A DNA stretch of 64,000 nt from Aquabacterium sp. (GCA_046597355.1 JBKJKU010000144.1:49-64048); one strand, 5' to 3'. Positions 32,366-41,094 are shown, counted from the stretch's first letter. Notes: generated from the sequence alone by a model not told the origin. Program-made: numbers and translations.

Positions 32366-32761
32366 CTATCCCTGCGTTTCGGGTCCAATCTCGACGGTGA
32401 CCACCGCCTCGTCTCGGCCCACCGGCGCGTAGATGGATTTCACCGTGCCATAGCCGACGACGCTCGAACTTGCATCGCCCTCAGGGGGCAGGTCAGCGGC
32501 CGTTTCGTCGGGCACATGGCCGAGCTGCTTCCACGCCTTGACCAGCCCCAGCAGGGCTGTGCACTCTAGCCAGACATCGATGCGTGCGGCGGCCGGATCA
32601 ACGCCCAGTTGCCTGCGCAGCTCGACCCGCGAGCCCTCCCGGCATTCGGTGCGCACCAGCGCAGCACGATCGGGCGTTGTGGTACCGCCCAGAATCGTGA
32701 ATATCGACTTGTCGAGGCGGGTCAAAGCGGGCTCGATGGGGTGGCTGTCGTTCACCGTCAA
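32366..32761 (-). CDS. HIRAN-like domain protein
   Basis: G-x-x-V-x-L-x-R...D...I-x-V...LGHVP...A-x-x-L pattern; TTG start overlaps the upstream stop (TTGA). Confidence 0.55.
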   Translation of the reverse strand: MTVNDSHPIEPALTRLDKSIFTILGGTTTPDRAALVRTECREGSRVELRRQLGVDPAAARIDVWLECTALLGLVKAWKQLGHVPDETAADLPPEGDASSSVVGYGTVKSIYAPVGRDEAVVTVEIGPETQG

Positions 32762-33021
32762 GCGCCTTCAGCCAGCGGGTCGATGCCACCCGCGCTGCCG
32801 GGTTTCGGGCTCGGATGTCGGTAGGCCGACCCATCCTGCGGGTCTGCCGCCGGTCTGGATTGCGCCGACGAGGCCTGTTGGAGGTGGCGCAAGACATCAC
32901 GGGCAATGAGGTACGCCTGGATCTGCGATTCACTGATCGCCAGCTTGTCGCGGCGTCGCTTGCCCTTGCGGTGACACCGCACTGCGTTGTCTGTGCGCGA
33001 TTCGCCAAACCGTGAAGACAT
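32758..33021 (-). CDS. Hypothetical 87-aa basic protein
   Basis: GGAGAAGG RBS 6 nt before the ATG; stop coupled to the HIRAN-like start. Confidence 0.5.
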   Translation of the reverse strand: MSSRFGESRTDNAVRCHRKGKRRRDKLAISESQIQAYLIARDVLRHLQQASSAQSRPAADPQDGSAYRHPSPKPGSAGGIDPLAEGA

Positions 33022-33074
33022 GATCAACCCCTTCTCCATTGGGATGAACAAAGGACTTCGAACAGCCAAAAGTC

Positions 33075-33100
33075 TAGCGGCCGTGAGGCCGGATTTCAAA
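33075..33100 (-). promoter_or_regulatory. Possible second sigma32-like promoter
   Basis: Minus strand TTTGAA-N14-CCGCTA. Confidence 0.3.
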
Positions 33101-33164
33101 CCCGCCGCCGCGAAGCACCCGCCGAAGGTGATCTTCATCCGGCAGCAACCTCACCGACCCGACA

Positions 33165-33413
33165 TCAGGCCCAGCAATTCCAGACCGATCGGGCAAGGCC
33201 CGGCGGTCCGAACCGCCCCCGCCAGACGCAGGTCGCCATGGTGCCAATGCGCCGGGCACGCGCGACGTCGGCCTTGGCAAGCTCGATGCGCAGCACCCCG
33301 GCGCGGCAGCGGGCCTGGGTTTTCTCAGGTATTGCCCACGCTGGCAAGGCGATCCGGCGGAAGAAGCTGCCAAAAGCCCATCGGCCGGGTCGCCTGCCGC
33401 GCCACCAGGCCAT
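33165..33413 (-). pseudogene. Truncated third Hsp20 (C-terminal alpha-crystallin fragment)
   Basis: AFGSFFRRIALP...GVLRIELAK...ARRI; ATG overlaps the upstream TGA (TGATG); N-terminal half absent. Confidence 0.7.
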
Positions 33414-33811
33414 CAAGCCGCGTTGACGGTGATCCGCCGCGGTTGGGCATGGGCCTGTTTCGGGATGCGCAGCGTCAGCACGCCGTCCTTCAGGTTGGCC
33501 TCGATCCGGGCGGTGTCGAGCTCCCGGCTCAGCGTGAAGCTGCGGCGGTAGCGCGGAATGCGGACTTCCGCGTACACCGCCTCCAACCCGTCCGGCGTCA
33601 GCGCCTGAACGCCGCCTTCGATCAGCAGCGTGTCGCCCTCGATCTTCAGCTCCAGCTGGTCCTTGGCCACGCCGGGCATGTCGGCCAGCAGCGTGATGCC
33701 GGCGCCGTCCTCGAACACGTCCACGGCCGGCAGCACGGCGCGTTGCTGTTCGCTGTCGTTGCCGATATTGCCGGCGCTGCCAGCGTGGGTGACTTGCTTG
33801 TTGTCGCTCAT
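33413..33811 (-). CDS. Hsp20/alpha-crystallin small heat-shock protein
   Basis: PAVDVFE, ADMPGV, YRRSFTL and NLKDGVLTLRIPK motifs; AGGAG RBS. Confidence 0.95.
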   Translation of the reverse strand: MSDNKQVTHAGSAGNIGNDSEQQRAVLPAVDVFEDGAGITLLADMPGVAKDQLELKIEGDTLLIEGGVQALTPDGLEAVYAEVRIPRYRRSFTLSRELDTARIEANLKDGVLTLRIPKQAHAQPRRITVNAA

Positions 33812-33837
33812 GATGGGTTCTCCTGGGCTGTCACGGT

Positions 33838-34290
33838 TTACTGCACGGTGATGCGCTTGGGCTGCGCCGGTTCGCGGCGGGCCACGCTCACCTGGAGTAC
33901 GCCGTTGCGGTAGCTGGCCTTGACCTGGCTCGGGTCCACGTCGTCGGGCAGTGAGATCGCCCGGGCGAAGCTGCCCGTGCCGCGTTCGCGGGTGTAGACA
34001 TGAACCTTGGGCTTGTCCGTGGGGACGTCCGGGGCGCGTTCGCCGGCAATCCGCAGAACACCCCGGTCGAGTGTCACGTCAATCTTCGACGGGTCGAGGC
34101 CCGGCGCGAAGGCGTAGATTTCGACGCTAGCGGCGGTGCGACCGACGTTGACCGCAGGGACGGTGCCCGGCGCGACCGAGCGGATGCTGCTGGGCAGGCC
34201 GGTGACGCCAAACACGTCGTCGAGTTCACGGCGCAGGCGTTCGAACTGACCGAACAGGCTGTTCGGATGATTCAGGATCGATTCTTACAT
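33838..34290 (-). pseudogene. Hsp20 with an in-frame TAA at codon 2 (ATG TAA GAA...)
   Basis: GGAGG RBS before ATG 34290; frame continues ESILNHPNSLFGQFERLRRELDD into PAVNV...GSFARAISLP...NGVL. Confidence 0.8.
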
Positions 34291-34358
34291 GGTGTGTGTC
34301 CTCCAAAACGGGGTTGACACCGACAGGAGACCAGGACCCGCCGGCTCGATGTGCGACT

Positions 34359-34383
34359 TAGGGGCCGCCAAATCGGTTTCAAG
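34359..34383 (-). promoter_or_regulatory. sigma32 (RpoH) promoter of the hsp20 operon
   Basis: Minus strand CTTGAA-N13-CCCCTA. Confidence 0.7.
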
Positions 34384-34479
34384 AGGACCAGCAGTATTTT
34401 TTTCGCCCCGGTTCCACAGGTGCTGGATATCCGAAGCCAATCGATTCGGCGCGCCAAGTGGCTGCCGTAGCGCGGCGGT

Positions 34480-34656
34480 CTAACGCAATGATTGCAGCAG
34501 CAACCCCGCGCTGCCGGGGATGTCATGCGCCCGGTCGGCGCGGCTGTCCGCCATGTTGCCGGTCAACGCCAGCGCGGCTGCGGGGGAAGGTGGCGCGCCA
34601 CACCAGGTCTGCAAGCAGGCGCGCAATGGTGGTTGCGCGCGGCCCCCGGCCGCGCG
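34480..34656 (-). pseudogene. Internally deleted remnant of a second M16 peptidase copy
   Basis: Two blocks align by eye to 38478-38549 and 37551-37630 at both DNA and protein level. Confidence 0.85.
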
Positions 34657-34657
34657 C

Positions 34658-36757
34658 CTAGAACTTCGCGTTCAGCGACACCCGAAATGACCGTGACTCC
34701 AAAGGATGGAAGTGCACGCCGAGCGCGCCGGCTGCCGGCTCGCCTTGCAGGCGCGACGTGTAGAGGTAGTCGATCGCCGAAGCCTTGCGGTCCGTCAGGT
34801 TGTAGCCCTCCAACTCGACGCGCAGGTCCTGGTTGATCTTGTAGCCGATGCGGCCGTTGAAGGTCGCCGTGCTGCTGGACCGCGCGCTGTTGTCCTCGAT
34901 CAGCGGGCGTGGTCCGAAGTAGCGCCATTGCAGCGCGCCGAAGTAAGGGCCAATGTTGTCCAAGGCCAGGGCTAACGACGCGACGCCTTCGACGGAGCCG
35001 GGGATTCGGTGGCCCGCCGGGTCAGCGTCCTTGAACCGTGCTTTTGCAAAAGCCAGGTCGGCATCGATGGTCAGCCAGTTGTCGAGCTTGTAGTAGTTCG
35101 CAAACTCGAAGCCGGCGCGGCGACTCGGGCGGCCTGCCTCGGTGGTGCCAGCATCGCCCGCGAAGGTCAGTTCGGATGCGATATCAAGTTGGTACACCGA
35201 AAACGCAGTCTGGAGACCAGGAATGATCGACGTGCGCACGCCCACCTCATAGCCCTTTGCGCGCACGAGCCCGGGCACTTTGTCCGCTGGGTTGCCCGTC
35301 TTCGGGTCCACTGCAATCGTCGCGCCACGCGCATCGTTGCTGTGGAAGCCGCCGCCCATGTTGACGTAGTACTCGGTCTTGGCCCAGGGGCCGAAGATCA
35401 GGTTCAGCTTGGGGTTGGCGATACTGGCAGTGGCCTTGCCGGAATTGAGTGCGTTGTCGCTGCGAACATTGAAGCGGTAGCTGTCGCTGCGCACGCCGGC
35501 AACGGTGCGAAACCAGTCGGTCCAGCGGGTGGCGTTTTCAATGTAAATGCCGACACTGCTCTCGACAATGTGGTCAGCCCGGGTTGTCGAAAGCATTCGA
35601 CGCGCCTGGGTGTTGTACAGCCCGTTGAAGATGTTGTCGTTCTGAATCTGGATACCAACCGTGTTCTCCGAGTCGCGCCCACCCCATGGCATCTGCCACG
35701 TGTGGCTCGCATTGACCGCCGACGTGGTGCGCTTATCAGGCTGGTGGAACTGGTCACCATTGACCGGATCATCGAGGAAGTAGGTGAAGTTGGAGAACAG
35801 GTTCAACTGCCAGCCGATGACATAAGCGTTGACCTTGGTGGACGTGGTGCCCGTGGCGCGATGCCACTCGCCGGAGACGCTGTAGCGGTGCGAGTTACCG
35901 CCATCAGAGGGGTCAATGGCGTCGAACCGGCTCGAGATCAGCCCGCTGTCGATGGCGCGCTGCGTGATCTGGTCCGTGGCATTCCACTTCGCCTGGTAGG
36001 CCATGGCCGTGACCGAGAGGCCATCGCTGGCATCGCCCAGGCTGTAGCGCAACACGGCGTTGATCTTGCCGTAGTTGTCCGGATGAACAAAGGGGCCGTC
36101 GTTGTGCAGCGCTTCGAAGGCGTACAGCAGATTGCCATCGCCAACAGCGCTTGAACTGGCGACGGCAGCACGGCGATAACCGTTCTGGCCGAAGCTCACA
36201 TCGGCGATGCCCTTGGGCAAGGTGTTCGCGTATTTGAGCCTGACCGCACCCGCCGACGAGAAATTGCCTTCGCTGGCGTAGTAGGGGCCCTTTTTGTATT
36301 CGAGGCCAGTCGCCAGTTCTGGGATGACGAAGTTGAGGTCGGTCCAGCCCTGCCCGTGAGCGTGGGAGCGCTGGTTCACGACCATGCCGTCCACGGTGGT
36401 GCGCAGGTCGGTGCCATGGTCGAGGTTGAAGCCGCGCAGGTAGAACTGGTTGGCCTTGCCCTCGCCACTGTGCTGGCTGACGACCAAGCCCGGTGTGGCT
36501 TCCAGCAGTTCTCCGGGGCGGTAGACCGTACGCGCTTCGAGTTGCGCTTTGGTGACCGTGCCTACATTGGCCGAGTCGGCAACGCCCACCAGGTTGGTGC
36601 TCACCTTGCCAATGATCTCCACCTTTTCGAGGGCCTGCTCGCCGCCCGCCCAGGCCGACGTGCTGGACACGGCAGCAACGCCTGCCAGTGCCGCCACCAA
36701 CGCATTGCGCGGGAACTGGGGCGCCTTCAGGGTTTGTTGATTGAACAAAATCCGCAT
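34658..36757 (-). CDS. TonB-dependent receptor (putative Ni/Co uptake)
   Basis: Signal peptide, plug motif GEGKANQFYLRGFNLDHG, NLTD, C-terminal Phe; immediately downstream of nikR. Confidence 0.92.
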   Translation of the reverse strand: MRILFNQQTLKAPQFPRNALVAALAGVAAVSSTSAWAGGEQALEKVEIIGKVSTNLVGVADSANVGTVTKAQLEARTVYRPGELLEATPGLVVSQHSGEGKANQFYLRGFNLDHGTDLRTTVDGMVVNQRSHAHGQGWTDLNFVIPELATGLEYKKGPYYASEGNFSSAGAVRLKYANTLPKGIADVSFGQNGYRRAAVASSSAVGDGNLLYAFEALHNDGPFVHPDNYGKINAVLRYSLGDASDGLSVTAMAYQAKWNATDQITQRAIDSGLISSRFDAIDPSDGGNSHRYSVSGEWHRATGTTSTKVNAYVIGWQLNLFSNFTYFLDDPVNGDQFHQPDKRTTSAVNASHTWQMPWGGRDSENTVGIQIQNDNIFNGLYNTQARRMLSTTRADHIVESSVGIYIENATRWTDWFRTVAGVRSDSYRFNVRSDNALNSGKATASIANPKLNLIFGPWAKTEYYVNMGGGFHSNDARGATIAVDPKTGNPADKVPGLVRAKGYEVGVRTSIIPGLQTAFSVYQLDIASELTFAGDAGTTEAGRPSRRAGFEFANYYKLDNWLTIDADLAFAKARFKDADPAGHRIPGSVEGVASLALALDNIGPYFGALQWRYFGPRPLIEDNSARSSSTATFNGRIGYKINQDLRVELEGYNLTDRKASAIDYLYTSRLQGEPAAGALGVHFHPLESRSFRVSLNAKF

Positions 36758-36876
36758 CGCTCTTTCCTTGGCTTGCCGTGATAGCCCGCCAAGCAGCACC
36801 TGCCCGGTTCGACGCCATCCATTCACACAATTACGCAGTCGGGACTGTCCCAGATGCACCAGAATTTAAAAATCTT

Positions 36877-36892
36877 CACACTGGTAAGTGTG
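36877..36892. promoter_or_regulatory. Palindrome upstream of the TonB-dependent receptor (candidate operator)
   Basis: CACACT-GGTA-AGTGTG in an AT-rich stretch. Confidence 0.3.
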
Positions 36893-36949
36893 CCAAATTT
36901 CAGTGACGGCTGTCCGGCCGGCCCGGATAGACCCGCTGAACGGGGGTGC

Positions 36950-37435
36950 TCAGGTCGTTGGCTTGAGGTGGGTGTGCACCGTCGCCGTTGCGCTGCTACG
37001 GCCTGTGGCCGGTGAGTGGCTGTGCGGTGCGTGCGGCTCCACGCTGATCAGGTTCAGTTTGCCGTGGTGCACACCGCGCTCCGCGCAAACCGTATCGGCG
37101 AAATGTGTAACTGCAGACACGTTGCCTCTGAGCAGCACGGTCTCAAGGCAGTGCTCATGGTCCAGGTGCGCATGCATGGTCGAAATCGTCAGGTCGTGGT
37201 GATCGTGCTGCAAACTGGCGAGTCGCTCCGCCAGCTGTCGCTCGTGGTGGTTGAACACATACGACAGGCAGGCCACACAAGTTTGCGTCTCAGCATCTTG
37301 CAAGATGGTTTTGCCAAGCTCCGCACGCAGCAGATCTCGAACGGCTTCCGATCGGTTGCTGTAGCTGCGCTTGGCGATCCAGGCATCGAACTGCTCGGCG
37401 AGCCGGACATCCAGTGAAATCGTGAAGCGCTCCAT
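36950..37435 (-). CDS. nikR: Nickel-responsive regulator NikR
   Basis: MERFTISLD ribbon-helix-helix, NRSEAVRDL, HAHLDHEHCLE Ni site; His-rich tail. Confidence 0.95.
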   Translation of the reverse strand: MERFTISLDVRLAEQFDAWIAKRSYSNRSEAVRDLLRAELGKTILQDAETQTCVACLSYVFNHHERQLAERLASLQHDHHDLTISTMHAHLDHEHCLETVLLRGNVSAVTHFADTVCAERGVHHGKLNLISVEPHAPHSHSPATGRSSATATVHTHLKPTT

Positions 37436-37535
37436 GAAACTTTGTCGCGTAGTTGGCGGATCAACCACTGTACCGGGTCGGTGCCCTGACACGGTGTTTC
37501 GGCTTTCGCGCTAAACCCAGCACTTTCGCCGCGCC

Positions 37536-38849
37536 TCAAGGCGCCGGCCACAGCAAGCCCGCGTTGCCCAAAATGCCTTGCGCCCGCTCAGCACTGCCGC
37601 GCGCCACCTTGCCGGTCAGCGCCAGCGCGGCGCCGGCTGCCAGCATGGCCTCGAACGCTGCGCGCACCTGCTCGGCGCTGACCGCCTGCATGCGTGCCAG
37701 CCAGTCGGCCCGCGGCCGCAGCCGGTCCAGCACCAGCAGGTCGAGTGCCGCGTCCTCCAGCCGGCGGCCGGGTTTCTCCAGCCCGCGCAGCCGCCGCACC
37801 AGGATCTGGTTGCGGGCGCGCGCCAGGTCGTCGGGCGATACCGCCTGGGCTTGGGCTTGCAGCAGGCTGGCCAGGGCGCCCAGGCATTCATCCAGCTGGG
37901 CCGGCGAGGTCGAGGCCTCGATCACAAACTGGCCGGCGCTGTCCACCGCATCGGCCGAGCAGGCGGCGTAATACACCAGGCCGCGCTGCTCGCGCAGCTG
38001 GTCCATCAGCGGTGAGCTCATGCCCTCGCCCAGCAGCGCGGCGCACACGGCGGCGGTCGGGTCGTCGGCCTGCAGCGGCGGGATCGGAAAGCCCAGCACC
38101 AGGTGGGTCTGGCTGCTGCCGGCCTGCGACTTGGCACGCTGGCCACCCAGCCAGGCCGGGGCGTTGAGTAAATTGGGCGTGCCGCGCAGCATGGTGCCAA
38201 AGCAGGCCTCGGCCTCGCGCACGACCGTGTCGTGGTGCACCGCACCGGCCGCAGCCACCACCACGTTGGCGCCGGTGTACAGGCGCTGGCAGTGCGCCAC
38301 CAGGTCGGCCCGGCTGAAGCGCTCGATGTTGCGCCGCGTGCCGATCACCGGCTGGGCCAGTGCATGGCTGCCGAAACAGGCGGCATCAAACAGCTTGAAG
38401 GCGGTCGACATCGGGTCGTCTTCATCCTCGGTCAGCTCGTGCAGCAGCACCTCGCGCTCGCGGCCCAGCTCCGTCTCGGGAAAGGTGGCGCGCTGCACCA
38501 GGTCGGCCAGCAGGCGCACAAAGGTCGGCGCATGCGGCCCCAGGCCGCGCATGTGGAAGGCGGTGTGGTCCTTGTCGGTGTGGGCGTTGACTTCGGCGCC
38601 CAGGCGTTCGGCGTCCAGGTTGAAGCGGCGGGCATCCCGCTCGGTCGTGCCTTTGAACACCATGTGCTCGATGACATGGCCGATGCCGTTGTCGGTCTTG
38701 CGCTCATGGCCGCTGCCGGCGCGCACAAACACGCTGACGCTGGCGGTCTGCACCTGGGGCAGGGTGATCGTGACCACGCGCACGCCATTGGCCAGCGTGC
38801 TGACCTGGGTGGCGGTGTCGTCGGCGGTCGGCTGGGTCGGCTGGGTCAT
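37536..38849 (-). CDS. M16-family zinc metallopeptidase
   Basis: HVIEH inverted zincin motif, LANGVRV, NAHT and GLVYY motifs. Confidence 0.93.
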   Translation of the reverse strand: MTQPTQPTADDTATQVSTLANGVRVVTITLPQVQTASVSVFVRAGSGHERKTDNGIGHVIEHMVFKGTTERDARRFNLDAERLGAEVNAHTDKDHTAFHMRGLGPHAPTFVRLLADLVQRATFPETELGREREVLLHELTEDEDDPMSTAFKLFDAACFGSHALAQPVIGTRRNIERFSRADLVAHCQRLYTGANVVVAAAGAVHHDTVVREAEACFGTMLRGTPNLLNAPAWLGGQRAKSQAGSSQTHLVLGFPIPPLQADDPTAAVCAALLGEGMSSPLMDQLREQRGLVYYAACSADAVDSAGQFVIEASTSPAQLDECLGALASLLQAQAQAVSPDDLARARNQILVRRLRGLEKPGRRLEDAALDLLVLDRLRPRADWLARMQAVSAEQVRAAFEAMLAAGAALALTGKVARGSAERAQGILGNAGLLWPAP

Positions 38850-38904
38850 GGCGGGTGGGCGGGGTGGGAGAGATGCCGGACGGCAAACTGGCGAAAGCCG
38901 GCGG

Positions 38905-41094
38905 TCAGACCGGCAGCAAAAAACTGAGCGGTGCCTGGCGCAGGCGCCGCCACAAAGCGCTGTTGACCCGGCGCTGCTCGATCAACGTGATGCCGCGTGA
39001 ACGCATCGCCACCGCCAGCGCCAGCGCAAAGCTCACGCCCAGGTTGAGCAGACCGGTCACCGCCAGCCCCGCTGCGCACCACCAGAACTCGCGCTGGGCC
39101 AGCAGCTGCCAGCCCAGCGTGCCCACCGCGGCGGCCAGTTGTCCGGTGGACAGCGTGACGTGCCGCACCTCGATAGGCAGGCCCAGAAACGCCAGCAAGA
39201 CCGGCACCAGGCCCAGCATGGCGCCCAGCGAGACATTGGCCGCCAGGCCGGAGATGTTGGCGCGCCACCAGGCCGACCAGCGCTGCGCCCGTGTTGCGCC
39301 GAGCCGGGCGACGATGCGCGGGTTGTGCGCCAACGCGCTGTCCAGCCGGTGGTAGACAAACCAGTTTTCGACCCAGCCGGCGGCCACGCTGCTGGCAAAC
39401 AGCAGCACGCCGGTGAAAGCGGCAAAAAACGCGGTAGGGCCAAGCAGGGTGATGCTGTCCAGCACGTGTTCGGCGTCCTCCCTGTCCACCAGCGGCTGGC
39501 CCAGCGCCCACCAGGCTGCGCCCTGCACCGCCAGCACCACCGGGATCACCATCGACAGGTTGCCGACGATGCCCGCCATCTGCGAGCGCACCAGGTGCGT
39601 GACCTCGTCAACAAAACTCTCCACCGCAACGCTGTCGGGTCCGACCCCGGGCTGGCCAGCAGGGGCTGGGGCAGCGACCGCACCGGCGGTGGCGGATGCC
39701 GCGGCGTCCGGTGCTGAGCAGCCCGCCACGCAGGGCGCAACGTCGGTGGTGGCGCCGGCCAATGCGGCGTCGGGCGGGGGGTCCGCACGGGCCTCGCTGG
39801 CCGACTCGCGCTGCAGCTCACCCAACTTCTCGGCCATCGCCGGGGCGGTCATCGCTGGCTGCTTGGTGGCCACGGTCCAGTGCAGCAGGTGAATGATCAA
39901 GAAGCTGCCAGCGTAGTTCAGCCCGGCGCCAAAACCGGCCCAAAACGGCGCCAGGCCCAGCGCCAGGATGCCGAACTTGGCAAAGGTGGTGCCGGCCAGC
40001 ACCGCGCCGCCGCCGGCCGCCTTGCCCAGCATGGCGCGGTACTCGGGCCAACTGCGGGTGATGTAGTGCTCGCCGGTCTCGGCGTGTCGCTCGGCCACCT
40101 TGCGCGCCAGCAGCGAGTACTGCCGCGCCAGCAGCCCACCCAGACGGCGGCGCTGGCGGGCCAGCGTGATCAGGTCCACCAGCACATCCTGCAACTCGCG
40201 CTGCGGTGTGTCGGACAGCACCAGGTCGAGCAGCGCCTCCAGCCGCAGCGTGCGCTGGCACAGCTGGCCCACCTCGAACACGATGTTGACCGACACGCCG
40301 TGCTCCTCCAGGTGCGCGTGCACGCTGTTGGCGGCCTCGCGGCAGCGCTGCAGCAGGGCCCGCAGGTAGACCGCGTGCTGGGCCACGGCGTCGGGCGGGC
40401 CGGTCAGCAAGGCCTGGGTGGTGGCCTCCAGGGCCCGAACCAGTTGCTCAAACGGCCGGTCGGCCAGCAGATCGGCCGACATGCGGCGGCGCAGCAGCGG
40501 CGCAAAAGCGGCGGCGCGGATCGCGCTGACCAGCCAGGTCATGGCTTGCAGCAAGGGCGCGCGCCAATCGTCCACGCTGCCGGGCGCAACGCCCACCGGC
40601 CCGGACCCGGTCCGGGCCACGGTCAACAGCGCCGACAGCCGGGCCAGCGTGGCCTCGTCGATGGCGGCCATCCAGGCCGCGTCGGCGTCCTCGGTGAACA
40701 GCAGCTGGAACAGCGCGCCCAGGTCGTCGGTGTCGGGCGTGCCCGGCAGCAGGCGCAGGGCCAGCCGCTCGCCCATCTCGCCCATCAGGTCGCGCCGGGC
40801 GGTGAACCCAAAATCGGCAAACAGCGCGGCCATGTCGGTCTCGCGCCAGAACCGGGTCAGCAGCGCCACCACGCGCTCCCGCGGCTCGGGGTTGCGTTCC
40901 AGCGCGTTGAGCAGCAGCTTGAGCCGAAGCACCGGGCGCGGGGTGTCGCCGCTGGCGGCCTCGGTGCGGCCGTGGCGCAGCCACTCGACCAGCCGCACCA
41001 GCCACAGGTGGCGCTCAGGCCGGCTGGCCCGGGGGTCGGCGGCGGTGAGCAGCGCGCTCAAGTCCCAGTCGGCGGCGCGCGGGGGTTGTTTCAC
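38905..41094 (-). CDS. Gcr-like 'site-specific recombinase' family membrane protein
   Basis: ETGEHYITR, ATKQPAMTAP and HVTLSTG motifs; many C-terminal TM segments; GTG just after the apaG stop. Confidence 0.85.
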   Translation of the reverse strand: MKQPPRAADWDLSALLTAADPRASRPERHLWLVRLVEWLRHGRTEAASGDTPRPVLRLKLLLNALERNPEPRERVVALLTRFWRETDMAALFADFGFTARRDLMGEMGERLALRLLPGTPDTDDLGALFQLLFTEDADAAWMAAIDEATLARLSALLTVARTGSGPVGVAPGSVDDWRAPLLQAMTWLVSAIRAAAFAPLLRRRMSADLLADRPFEQLVRALEATTQALLTGPPDAVAQHAVYLRALLQRCREAANSVHAHLEEHGVSVNIVFEVGQLCQRTLRLEALLDLVLSDTPQRELQDVLVDLITLARQRRRLGGLLARQYSLLARKVAERHAETGEHYITRSWPEYRAMLGKAAGGGAVLAGTTFAKFGILALGLAPFWAGFGAGLNYAGSFLIIHLLHWTVATKQPAMTAPAMAEKLGELQRESASEARADPPPDAALAGATTDVAPCVAGCSAPDAAASATAGAVAAPAPAGQPGVGPDSVAVESFVDEVTHLVRSQMAGIVGNLSMVIPVVLAVQGAAWWALGQPLVDREDAEHVLDSITLLGPTAFFAAFTGVLLFASSVAAGWVENWFVYHRLDSALAHNPRIVARLGATRAQRWSAWWRANISGLAANVSLGAMLGLVPVLLAFLGLPIEVRHVTLSTGQLAAAVGTLGWQLLAQREFWWCAAGLAVTGLLNLGVSFALALAVAMRSRGITLIEQRRVNSALWRRLRQAPLSFLLPV

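Noticed and set aside
32987-33913. 308-aa plus-strand ORF over the hsp20 region
   Set aside because: Antisense to hsp20 genes and lacks any recognisable domain.
36760-36950. Cobalamin or NiCo riboswitch upstream of the TonB-dependent receptor
   Set aside because: No B12-box or GGGAA/CCCGC core recognised; only short dyads.
38905-41094. Treating the Gcr-family gene as the integrase of the adjacent cassette
   Set aside because: No recombinase catalytic residues, and it sits in the housekeeping apaG-rpe context.
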